A DNA stretch of 44,834 nt. Origin: an uncultured Streptococcus sp. (lineage in GTDB: Bacteria; Bacillota; Bacilli; Lactobacillales; Streptococcaceae). The notes under the pieces were generated by a model, which was given only the letters and a program-made list of their open reading frames with translations, was not told the origin of the DNA and made no database searches. The stretch spans positions 1-44,834 of the forward strand of contig CAUCUH010000001.1 of the NCBI GenBank assembly GCA_958445905.1, read 5' to 3'. A program made the position numbers and the translations under genes. Of this stretch, positions 35,970 through 44,834 are shown in pieces. Within the stretch, counting starts at the first letter, position 1. The number at the start of each line of letters is the position of its first letter.

Positions 35970-38288
35970 TTATTTCTTCCGATGAAAGAACCAGCCCACT
36001 AGTTTCTTGAATACTTGAATCAAGAAGAGAGCAAGAATGGCCATTAAAGCGCAGATAAGCAGTGTTTGGATCCTCAAGGGGCTCATGTTAAAGAATCTCC
36101 CTAAGATACTGCTTGAAACCAGAAAAGCTAGGATATTTCCTAGAAGAACCAGTCTCTTGTAGTGATTGAGAGGCTGGGATTCTTGATAGATAATGGCAAA
36201 GCCAACGAAGGCCATCAAGCAGATGGCTGCACTTGAGAGTTCTTCCGACCTCATACCAAATGCTGAAGAGAATAAAACCAGACTAAAAATCAGTATAAAA
36301 TCCGTCAAGGCTGCAGGTAGCGCATTTTTAAAGACCGTTTCGATAAAGCGCCCTTTGATGCGCTCGCTATTGGGCTCAAGCGCTAGGAAGAATCCTGGAA
36401 TCCCAATCGTAAAACCACTGATCAAAGACATCTGCGATGGCATGATGGGATAAGTAAAGGCTAAGAGCGTCACTGAGATAGCCAACAAAATAGAAAAGAT
36501 ATTCTTGATCAAAAAGAGACTGGCTGATCGTTGAATATTATTGACCACTCGCCGACCTTCTGCCACGATAGACGGCATCTTCCCAAAGTCAGAATCCAGT
36601 AAGACCACTTGCGCCATCTTTTTGGTCGCATCATTTCCAGATTCCATCGCAATACTACAATCCGCTGTTTTGAGAGCCAGAATATCGTTGACGCCATCTC
36701 CAGTCATAGCTACTTTATGCCCCTTTGCCTGCAAGCCTTCGACAAGGCTTTTCTTTTGCTCTGGTGTCACCCGACCAAAGACCGTATATTGGCTCGCCGC
36801 CTGGTGCAAGTCTTCTTCCGTCAGCAAGGTTCTGGCATCGATCAGATTTTCTGCTCCTTCAATGCCTGCTTTTTGTGCAATAGCTGAGACTGTAGCAGGG
36901 TTGTCCCCTGAGATAACCTTAATGGTCACTCCTTGTTGTTTAAAGTAGGCGAAGGTTTCTTTGGCATTTTTTCTCAAAGGATTGGAGAGAATAATCCAGG
37001 CTACCAAGTCTACAGGAGCTTCTAAAGTCTCTCCCAGGTGTTCTCCCTTATATTTCCCAAAGGCCAAGACCCGATTGCCAGCCTGAGTAGCAGGCGCAAT
37101 CTCCTCTTCAACCTCAGAGAAGCCCTCTCGTAAAACAAACTCTGGTGCACCTAATACATAGATCCCCGATTCAAAGGCAATGGCTCCATACTTTTTCTTA
37201 GACGTAAAGGGCTGAATGTCGAGAGCCTTCCAAGGCTGGCTGACTAGAGTCTTATGAAATTTTCGGATGGCATCCATAGTATCGTTTTGATCCATACTAG
37301 CCTCTACATACTGAGCTAGAGCTTCCAAGTCTTGAGCGTCTTTAACTGGACGAATCTCTGTCACTTCCATACCTGGCTCTGTAATGGTCCCTGTCTTATC
37401 GACACAAAGGACATCCACGCGCGATAAGGTCTCAATCCCCTTCATACTATTGAGCAGAACCTTTTCCTTAGCCAATCTGACAGCACCTAGAGCCAGTGCC
37501 AAGGTCATCAAGAGATACAAGCCTTCCGGAATCATCCCGATCAAGGCCCCGACTGTTGAAGTCACACTGAGCTTAAGACTATCGCCTAGGCTGATATAGC
37601 TGCGAAGAAAAAGGAGAGAACCTAGCGGAATGATGAGAAGACCAATGATCCCTACAATACGATTGACCGCATGGACCATGTCAGACTCCTCATGAGACTT
37701 GACCTGCTTGGCTTCCAGGCTCAGTTGGTTGATGTAGGAGTCATTCCCAACTTTTTCCAATCGCGCCAGTCCTTGACCAGCGATCACAAAACTACCTGAC
37801 ATGAGCGCGTCTTGCGCTCCTTTTTTGACCTCATCGGCTTCACCGGTCAATTGCGATTCATCGACTTTTAGCTCGCCCTCCAGCAAAAACCCATCCGCAT
37901 AGATCTGGTCTCCAGCTTGAAAGCGAACTAGATCGCCCTCCACCAGCTGATCGATAGGTAGAGCAAATTCTTTTCCTTCGCGAAGAACGATCGCCTCACT
38001 CATATGTAGAAATTGCATCTGACGCAAGATCCGTCTAGAGCGGACTTCCTGCACAATTCCTACCAGGGAGTTGACCACGACGACCGGGACAAACAAGAGA
38101 TTGTTCCAAGACTTCACTGCTACCAGCAAGACCGCTAAGACCAGGAAAATCAGATTAAAGTAGGTAAAGACATTGTCTCGAATGATCTGCCCAATACTTT
38201 TTTCTGTCTTAATCGTGACCTTATTTTGCTTGCCCTCTTGGATCTTTTTTGCTACTTCTTCCTGACTGAGTCCTTCTAATCTAACCAT
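35970..38288 (-). CDS. Cation-translocating P-type ATPase (CtpE-like)
   Basis: LTGEA, IPEGL, DKTGT, SGDNP and TGDGVND motifs. ATG at 38288 preferred over GTG at 38300 because of the RBS position. Confidence 0.92.
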   Translation of the reverse strand: MVRLEGLSQEEVAKKIQEGKQNKVTIKTEKSIGQIIRDNVFTYFNLIFLVLAVLLVAVKSWNNLLFVPVVVVNSLVGIVQEVRSRRILRQMQFLHMSEAIVLREGKEFALPIDQLVEGDLVRFQAGDQIYADGFLLEGELKVDESQLTGEADEVKKGAQDALMSGSFVIAGQGLARLEKVGNDSYINQLSLEAKQVKSHEESDMVHAVNRIVGIIGLLIIPLGSLLFLRSYISLGDSLKLSVTSTVGALIGMIPEGLYLLMTLALALGAVRLAKEKVLLNSMKGIETLSRVDVLCVDKTGTITEPGMEVTEIRPVKDAQDLEALAQYVEASMDQNDTMDAIRKFHKTLVSQPWKALDIQPFTSKKKYGAIAFESGIYVLGAPEFVLREGFSEVEEEIAPATQAGNRVLAFGKYKGEHLGETLEAPVDLVAWIILSNPLRKNAKETFAYFKQQGVTIKVISGDNPATVSAIAQKAGIEGAENLIDARTLLTEEDLHQAASQYTVFGRVTPEQKKSLVEGLQAKGHKVAMTGDGVNDILALKTADCSIAMESGNDATKKMAQVVLLDSDFGKMPSIVAEGRRVVNNIQRSASLFLIKNIFSILLAISVTLLAFTYPIMPSQMSLISGFTIGIPGFFLALEPNSERIKGRFIETVFKNALPAALTDFILIFSLVLFSSAFGMRSEELSSAAICLMAFVGFAIIYQESQPLNHYKRLVLLGNILAFLVSSSILGRFFNMSPLRIQTLLICALMAILALFLIQVFKKLVGWFFHRKK

Positions 38289-38296
38289 TGCTTTCC

Positions 38297-38683
38297 TCAC
38301 TCATGTATTTCCAAAGGCAATCCTTCTGGATCGAAGAAAAATGCCATCTTCTTGCCATCAAAATCATCATAGCGAAGGCCTGTATTCTCAATACCTAGCT
38401 GATCCAATCTAGCTAGATAGGTCTCTACAGCGTCCACTTGAAAGGCCAGATGACGCAGTCCCGCATGCTCGGGCAAGGGGAGCTTAGGCCGTTCTGGGGC
38501 CGTCGGTTTGATAAAGAGTTCTAAAGTCAGCTGCCCCTGACGGAGATTGATCAAGATATCTCCGCGTTCAGGACGGTCATACTCACTGACAATCGCAAAG
38601 CCCAACTGGTCCATATAAAAGTGCAACATGGCGTCGCGATCCCGTCCAATGATGGCAATATGATGAATGGTGTCTAACTTCAT
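38297..38683 (-). CDS. VOC/glyoxalase family protein
   Basis: IHHIAI, GLRHLAFQV and FFDPEGLPLEIHE motifs. Confidence 0.9.
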   Translation of the reverse strand: MKLDTIHHIAIIGRDRDAMLHFYMDQLGFAIVSEYDRPERGDILINLRQGQLTLELFIKPTAPERPKLPLPEHAGLRHLAFQVDAVETYLARLDQLGIENTGLRYDDFDGKKMAFFFDPEGLPLEIHE

Positions 38684-38749
38684 CTGGTCCTACTTTCTAT
38701 TTTCTATAAAAAGAAAAGGGAGTGGGGCATATGCCCTTTTTCCCTATCC

Positions 38750-41110
38750 TTATGATTGTTGCAATACTTTTCGAGGCTTGGTTCCTTCAGCTGGTCCGAT
38801 GACACCTGCTGCTTCCAAGTCTTCCATGAGGCGAGTTGCCCGGTTAAAGCCGACCGATAAGCGACGTTGGATCATTGACGCACTGGCTTTTTGAGTTTCA
38901 ATCACAAGAGCCTTAGCCTCTTCAAAGAGTGGATCACCCTCGTCAGAGCCGCCCATGCCTCCGTCAAAGTCCGACTCGGATACTTCGCCTGGATCAAAGG
39001 CATCATCATAATCCGCTTCTGCTTGTTCCTTGACAAAGTTCACAATCCGCTCGACATCGTCATCTGAGATAAAGGATCCTTGTAGACGAATCGGATGATT
39101 TTCATCGATCGGTTTAAAGAGCATGTCTCCACGACCGAGCAATTTCTCTGCCCCATTTTCATCCAAGATGGTCCGTGAGTCAGTCCCAGATGATACCGCA
39201 AAAGCGACACGGGAAGGCACATTGGCCTTGATCAAACCTGAAATAACATCAACCGATGGCCGTTGGGTCGCAAGGATCATGTGGATCCCTGCTGCACGCG
39301 CCTTCTGTCCAAGACGAATAATAGCATCTTCCACTTCTTTACTTGCAACCATCATCAAGTCTGCCAACTCGTCGACAATGACCACAATCAATGGGAGGGG
39401 TACTTGCTTCATCTCAGACTGGGCATTGTGCTCCACCACCTTGGCATTAAAGCCAGCAATATTACGAGCACCCACTTTCGAAAAGAGCTCATAGCGATTT
39501 TCCATCTCATCAACGACCTTTTGCAGGGCCCGACTAGCCTTGCGTGGGTTGGTCACCACTGGAATCAAGAGGTGAGGAATATCATTGTAGACAGAAAGCT
39601 CCACCATCTTTGGATCGACCATCATAAACTTGACTTCGTCCGGACGAGCCTTCATCAAAATACTCGAAATAATTCCATTGACCGCTACTGACTTACCAGA
39701 TCCAGTAGAACCCGCTACCAAGAGGTGGGGCATCCGAGCCAAATCAAAGGTCCGAGCCGAGCCATCTACAGCCTTCCCAAGAGGAATCTCAAGGAGTTTA
39801 GCCGGATCTGTTTTGGACTGCTCCCACAATTCACGGAAGGAAACGGTCGCAATCTCTGAATTAGGCACTTCAATCCCGACCAGAGACTTCCCTGGAATCG
39901 GTGCTTCAATTCGCACATCCTTGGCTGCTAGTGCCAAGGCCAAATCATCTGCTAGGTTCGAAATGCGGTTGACCCGCACACCGACAGCCGGCTTGACCTC
40001 ATACTTGGTAACAGATGGACCAATTTCCGCCCGCTCCACTGTCGCCTTGATGTTAAAGCTTGCAAAGGTTTCTTCCAAAATGCGGATGTTCTGACGAACG
40101 ATGTTTTTCTCTTTGGATTGATTTTTGGGCTTATCAGGCGCAAAGAGATCAATCGTTGGAAGTTTGTACTGAAGGAGTTCCTTAGGCGTGAAGTCCACTT
40201 GAACTTCTTCCCCATCGTCCTCGAATTCTTCGGCTACCGGAAGCTCTTCGTATGCTTCAGGCTCTTCCGGCCATTCTTCATCTGGCGGGTAGATTTCTGG
40301 TGTTGCTGGTGCAACAATCTCAGCTTCTGGGAAGGACTCTGTAAACGGCTCTTCCGCCAACACCTCTCCCGTTTCAGGATCTACAGGGTGCCCTTCCATA
40401 GAAAGGGGAGTTGGAAGAACAGCTCTTGCTTCTTCTTGCTCTCTTTCAGCTGCAGCAGCTTCCTCGGCAACTCTTGCTTCCTTTTCAAGGAATTTCTGCT
40501 CGCGACGCTCTTTGCGTTTTTCCATAGAAGCGTGGAAGGCTTCGGACCCCTTTTCAAACAAATCATAGATGGAGTAAGGGCTCATCAAGAGGATCCCCAA
40601 TCCGATAAAGAGAAGACCGATAAAATAAGAGCCAATATTTGAAAACAGGAAGGAAATCGGAGCATAAAGAAGGGCACCGATCATACCACCACCGGCAAAA
40701 CTCTCCACTCGTAGATGAATCAAGTCTGCCATGATTCTTGAAAAAGTGACCTTGATTCCATTATTGTCTAAATGAAGGGAGGATACAAAGAAGGCCTGAA
40801 ACATCAAAAGAACCCCAACAAAGAAGCTTAGGAATCCTGAAATCACCCCTTCGTGTTTATCCAGCCATTTAAAGGCATAAAGGTAGAAAAAGGTCGCTAA
40901 AATAGCCAAGTAAGCCAAACTCCCAACAAAGAGTCGGATCAAGTTGTAGGCCAAGACCCCTACTGCCCCCAATTTCAAAGCCGCAAAGACTAAAACCAGA
41001 CTGATCAGAATGGTCGCAATCATGCGATGAATTGCTTTTTTTCTTTCTAATTCTGCTTTGGACAGTCGTCTCGTCGACCGTGTTTTTTTTGATTGATTAT
41101 TGTTTGCCAT
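38750..41110 (-). CDS. ftsK: DNA translocase FtsK
   Basis: N-terminal TMs, [27 protein letters not shown] and gamma domain [11 protein letters not shown]. Confidence 0.97.
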   Translation of the reverse strand: MANNNQSKKTRSTRRLSKAELERKKAIHRMIATILISLVLVFAALKLGAVGVLAYNLIRLFVGSLAYLAILATFFYLYAFKWLDKHEGVISGFLSFFVGVLLMFQAFFVSSLHLDNNGIKVTFSRIMADLIHLRVESFAGGGMIGALLYAPISFLFSNIGSYFIGLLFIGLGILLMSPYSIYDLFEKGSEAFHASMEKRKERREQKFLEKEARVAEEAAAAEREQEEARAVLPTPLSMEGHPVDPETGEVLAEEPFTESFPEAEIVAPATPEIYPPDEEWPEEPEAYEELPVAEEFEDDGEEVQVDFTPKELLQYKLPTIDLFAPDKPKNQSKEKNIVRQNIRILEETFASFNIKATVERAEIGPSVTKYEVKPAVGVRVNRISNLADDLALALAAKDVRIEAPIPGKSLVGIEVPNSEIATVSFRELWEQSKTDPAKLLEIPLGKAVDGSARTFDLARMPHLLVAGSTGSGKSVAVNGIISSILMKARPDEVKFMMVDPKMVELSVYNDIPHLLIPVVTNPRKASRALQKVVDEMENRYELFSKVGARNIAGFNAKVVEHNAQSEMKQVPLPLIVVIVDELADLMMVASKEVEDAIIRLGQKARAAGIHMILATQRPSVDVISGLIKANVPSRVAFAVSSGTDSRTILDENGAEKLLGRGDMLFKPIDENHPIRLQGSFISDDDVERIVNFVKEQAEADYDDAFDPGEVSESDFDGGMGGSDEGDPLFEEAKALVIETQKASASMIQRRLSVGFNRATRLMEDLEAAGVIGPAEGTKPRKVLQQS

Positions 41111-41261
41111 AACCTTTATTATATCACATTTCCAAGCCAGTTCTCTAGTAAAATCATTTCCTCAATTTTGCAGCATAAAGTAAAAAACAGCACCGAGTGG
41201 GTACTGTTCTTTAGAGCTGCTTAGAACGATATTCAATGACGTTCAAATTCCAAAATGGATC

Positions 41262-41765
41262 TTATTCAGATTTTTTATCATCTGGAGTGATGGTATCTAG
41301 AACTTGGTCGAATTTTTTCTCTCTTTCCAAGTCATGATCCATTTGAATGATATCGACTTGATCTTGTAGATTTGTCTGCGGAACTTGTGGTTTATATAGT
41401 GAGGTAAATCCTACTCCAATCACCAATAGACTCGCTCCAAGGACACAAAGTCTTTTGACATGCCAATCCATCGGCAAGGGAATCTTCGCTCCGAAACCTG
41501 ATTTCTTAATCCAATCTGGATGGTCTCGCATGACACGATTTACCGCCATCAGAGGCTTAAGGTAGCCAAAGAGCGCAATGACCGTTGTCAACCCAATCAT
41601 CCGAAAACGATTCTGATTGGACTGAGAAACATGATTCACTTCCATCAAGACCATTCCTGTAATCACCAAAATAATGACCAACAATAGTCCCAAAGATCTC
41701 CATAGACCTTCTCTGCGGTAACATTTCAATTCATCAAACGACATCTCCTTAAAATTCTTATCCAT
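41262..41765 (-). CDS. Hypothetical membrane protein (about 3 TM)
   Basis: 167-aa ORF with RBS AAGGAG and hydrophobic segments. Confidence 0.7.
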   Translation of the reverse strand: MDKNFKEMSFDELKCYRREGLWRSLGLLLVIILVITGMVLMEVNHVSQSNQNRFRMIGLTTVIALFGYLKPLMAVNRVMRDHPDWIKKSGFGAKIPLPMDWHVKRLCVLGASLLVIGVGFTSLYKPQVPQTNLQDQVDIIQMDHDLEREKKFDQVLDTITPDDKKSE

Positions 41766-41828
41766 TTTTTAATAACTCCTTGTGTTTTTTCAGGCTCTTT
41801 CAATTAATCTCTATTTTGATTGGAGGAT

Positions 41829-42593
41829 TTACAGATGACTGCCTTCATCCTTCAAGTATTGTTTAGCCTTTCGAACGATATAGAGCGACTCATCTTCTGA
41901 GACTAACTTGTGAAAGAGATCATTGGCTCTGTGCTGATCACCTTTAAGAGTGGCATTCAAGGCTTGGTAGTAGATAATTTCCATCTGCTGGTACTTGAAA
42001 TCATTGCTTAAATCTTCGAAATAGTCATTGCTTTGCTGCGCAATGGTTAAATCATAAAGAGCGAGACAGACTTTTTTTGTTTTCTCAGCTAGTGTAGGTT
42101 CTGTGATAGTCAATTCATTCAACCGACCCTCCAGCTCTTCTCTAGACAAATCAGGATCTGTCAGCACGATCGAACGAATAAGATAACTCTCAAAAAAGTT
42201 CTTATATTTCTGCGGACAATCCGTCTGACTGAGTGCTTCTCTAGCTTCCATTATGACAATATCAAAATCTCCCATCATAAACGAATAGGCGACCGATGTT
42301 AACTTCATATCTATCTGTGAAATAGCTTTTTTCACATTCTTGTTCAACTGAAGGTATTGCTGCCAAAAAGCTAAATCTAAGTCTACATGGAGCAAGGTGT
42401 TGCACTTGTTGGTATAGCTCTTCTTGAGCAATTGGATGAATAAAACCAAGCCTGCAAGGACCAATAAGACGCCAGTAGTCTGAAGAAGGGTATCTCTGAC
42501 CACTAACCCAATGCAAAAAATCAGAAGCATAGCCAACATGCCAGCAGATCTAATATAGAGTCTATAGTTTTTGCGTAGAGTTTTATAATCCAA
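41829..42593 (-). CDS. Hypothetical membrane protein (2 TM plus a helical, TPR-like C-terminus)
   Basis: 254-aa ORF with a TTG start after AGGAGG. Confidence 0.7.
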   Translation of the reverse strand: MDYKTLRKNYRLYIRSAGMLAMLLIFCIGLVVRDTLLQTTGVLLVLAGLVLFIQLLKKSYTNKCNTLLHVDLDLAFWQQYLQLNKNVKKAISQIDMKLTSVAYSFMMGDFDIVIMEAREALSQTDCPQKYKNFFESYLIRSIVLTDPDLSREELEGRLNELTITEPTLAEKTKKVCLALYDLTIAQQSNDYFEDLSNDFKYQQMEIIYYQALNATLKGDQHRANDLFHKLVSEDESLYIVRKAKQYLKDEGSHL

Positions 42594-42832
42594 TTTGTAG
42601 CCTCCTATTCATGATACGGTTTTTGAGGGAATTCGTTCATTTTCCAACAAATTAACATATCTCCCATCATACCGAATTTTCCATCTATACGCAACTTACT
42701 TCTTAATTAGTGATTTATCAAATGTTATCGGTCTTGAAACAACCTCAGAAAATAGAGAATCCCGTCCAGATTTGAAAGTATCGCAAAATTAAGGTACAAT
42801 AGAGAAAGACAATTATGTTGGAAAGGAAGAAT

Positions 42833-43678
42833 ATGAAAAAATTAATCGCATTACTATTATTTTCCGGCTTGGCTTTAACAGCTTGTTCGTCCAATAAAAC
42901 AGACGCTAACTCTTCAAGCTCAAGTAAAGAAAAGACAGAGCAGACAGCAACTTCTAGCTCTAGTGAAAAAGATCAAAAGAAAATTGAAGAAGAACAAAAG
43001 AAATTAGAACAACTGCGCAAAGATTTTAACGATGCCATGACCAATGAAAATGCCGTCTTCCCACAACTCTCAAATGAAGTGGCTGAAGACGAAGCAGAGG
43101 TTAAAATCACAACAACTGAAGGCGATATCACTGTGAAGCTCTTCCCTAAATATGCCCCACTTGCAGTTGAAAACTTCTTGACCCATGCAAAAGAAGGCTA
43201 CTACAATGGCTTACTTTTCCACCGTGTCATTAACAACTTTATGATCCAAACTGGGGATCCTAAAGGAGATGGTACTGGTGGCGAATCCATCTGGAAGGGC
43301 AAAGACAAATCCAAAGATTCAGGTACTGGTTTTGAGAATGAGTATTCTCCATACCTTTACAACCTTCGTGGAGCCCTTGCTATGGCCAATTCTGGTCCAA
43401 ATACCAATGGTAGTCAATTCTATATCAACCAAAATAAGGATGATATTTCAAGTAAACTCCCAACTGACCGCTTCCCAGCTAAGATCATCGATGCTTATAA
43501 AAATGGTGGAAATCCAACCCTCGATGGTGGTAACTACACTGTCTTTGGCCAAGTGATCGATGGCATGGATGTGGTCGATAAAATCGCCTCTGCCGAAACC
43601 GATGATAAGGACAAACCAAAAGCAGACATCAAGATTGAAAAAATCGAGATCTTAAAAGACTACAATTTCAAGAAATAA
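42833..43678 (+). CDS. Cyclophilin-type peptidyl-prolyl isomerase lipoprotein (SlrA/PpiA-like)
   Basis: Lipobox LTAC, FHRVINNFMIQTGDP, AMANSGPNTNGSQF and TVFGQV. Confidence 0.93.
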   Translation: MKKLIALLLFSGLALTACSSNKTDANSSSSSKEKTEQTATSSSSEKDQKKIEEEQKKLEQLRKDFNDAMTNENAVFPQLSNEVAEDEAEVKITTTEGDITVKLFPKYAPLAVENFLTHAKEGYYNGLLFHRVINNFMIQTGDPKGDGTGGESIWKGKDKSKDSGTGFENEYSPYLYNLRGALAMANSGPNTNGSQFYINQNKDDISSKLPTDRFPAKIIDAYKNGGNPTLDGGNYTVFGQVIDGMDVVDKIASAETDDKDKPKADIKIEKIEILKDYNFKK

Positions 43679-43796
43679 TGAAAAGAGAACCGAGAGGTTC
43701 TCTTTTTAAGATATTGATAAACATTTTACATAAAATTAGCTAATAGATTCATTGGTAAAAAAATGAATTCTAATTATTTATGTCATTCATCTACTG

Positions 43797-43932
43797 AAAC
43801 TTTCCGCCGTGAGAAAAGTGCCTGAAACAGATTTGTTTCAGGCACACGGAATTATTGAGACCTTAGGCTCAATAATTAGTCATGGAACTTCTCAGAAGTT
43901 CGCTGACGTCCGTACTCACCTAAGGAAAGTTT
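43797..43932 (+). repeat. Family 2 structured repeat, copy C
   Basis: Near-identical to 13229-13364; flanked by a duplicated terminator (43679-43707 and 43945-43973). Confidence 0.9.
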
Positions 43933-43977
43933 CTAAGAAGAATCTGAAAAGAGAACCATGCGGTTCTCTTTTTGTCT

Positions 43978-44834
43978 TTACGTCAATTCATTAAAGTCCC
44001 AGATTTGGTCCATCCAGCCTTCATAGAAGTCTGGCTCGTGGCAAACCATGAGAATCGATCCCTTGTACTCTTTCAGAGCCCGTTTCAACTCTTCTTTGGC
44101 ATCCACATCCAAGTGGTTGGTCGGCTCGTCTAGTACTAAGACATTGTTTTCACGATTCATCAAGAGACAGAAGCGTACCTTGGCTTGTTCTCCACCGGAT
44201 AGCACCTGGATTTGGCTCTCGATATGCTTGGTGGTCAAGCCACAGCGGGCAAGGGCGGCACGAACTTCTGCTTGGTTGAGAGATGGAAAGGCATTCCAGA
44301 CTGCTTCAAGCGGTGTCTGGCGATTGCCCCCTTCGACCTCTTGCTCGAAATAGCCAAGCTCTAGGTAATCTCCCCGCTCGACTTCACCAGCGATTGGTGG
44401 GATGATTCCCAGCAAGCTCTTCAAGAGAGTGGTTTTCCCGATCCCGTTGGCTCCGATGATGGCTACCTTTTGATTGCGTTCAAACGTTAGGTTCAAAGGC
44501 TTGGTCAAAGGACGGTCATAGCCAATCTGAAGATCCTTGGCCTGGAAGATAAAGCGTCCAGGAGTCCGGGCATTTTTAAATTCAAAGGATGGCTTTGGTT
44601 TCTCACTTTGTAACTCAATGAGTTCCATCTTGTCCAGCTTCTTCTGACGAGACATGGCCATATTCCGTGTAGCCACACGCGCCTTATTGCGGGCTACGAA
44701 ATCTTTCAAATCAGCAATCTCTTTTTGCTGACGCTCATAAGCCGCTTCCAATTGCGATTTCTTCATTTCATAGACTTCAAGGAATTGGTAGTAGTCTCCA
44801 GAATAGCGGGTTAACTGCTGATTTTCCACATGGT
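43978..44834 (-). CDS. ABC-F family ATPase (3' part; start lies outside the window)
   Basis: Interdomain linker YSGDY...SRQKKLDKM and second NBD GANGIGKTT, LSGGEQ, LDEPTNHLD; no TM segments. Confidence 0.92.
   Translation of the reverse strand, partial: HVENQQLTRYSGDYYQFLEVYEMKKSQLEAAYERQQKEIADLKDFVARNKARVATRNMAMSRQKKLDKMELIELQSEKPKPSFEFKNARTPGRFIFQAKDLQIGYDRPLTKPLNLTFERNQKVAIIGANGIGKTTLLKSLLGIIPPIAGEVERGDYLELGYFEQEVEGGNRQTPLEAVWNAFPSLNQAEVRAALARCGLTTKHIESQIQVLSGGEQAKVRFCLLMNRENNVLVLDEPTNHLDVDAKEELKRALKEYKGSILMVCHEPDFYEGWMDQIWDFNELT

Noticed and set aside
5262..43932. Repeats interpreted as a CRISPR array
   Set aside because: The copies are dispersed, 136-175 bp long, have no spacers, and there are no cas genes.

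Overview
This is a chromosomal core region of an oral Streptococcus; a mitis/sanguinis-group organism such as S. parasanguinis is likely, but that is inferred from gene order and protein similarity. Gene order: two glycolipid glycosyltransferases, an AT-rich methyltransferase/TetR islet, ccpA-pepQ, an Rrf2 regulator (SifR-like), a phosphoesterase, an FtsX-type ABC pair, mntH, TetR, tehB, a C69 dipeptidase, the ybeY-dgkA-era-mutM-coaE-MFS(pmrA)-rpmG-secG-rnr-smpB cluster, a BmrCD-like heterodimeric ABC exporter, tRNA-Thr(GGT), a frameshifted GNAT, ald, phoH, yozE, cvfB, frr, pyrH, rplA-rplK, a P-type ATPase, a VOC protein, ftsK, two hypothetical membrane proteins, a cyclophilin lipoprotein and a partial ABC-F. 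No phage, CRISPR array or transposase was seen. The main non-standard signals are: (1) a leader peptide plus two tandem terminators upstream of the ABC exporter; (2) two families of structured intergenic repeats, three copies each, one showing compensatory base changes and duplicated flanking terminators; (3) an islet flanked by a 26-bp duplication of the ccpA terminator; (4) an in-frame 19-codon deletion removing switch I of Era, along with other lesions that may be assembly errors.
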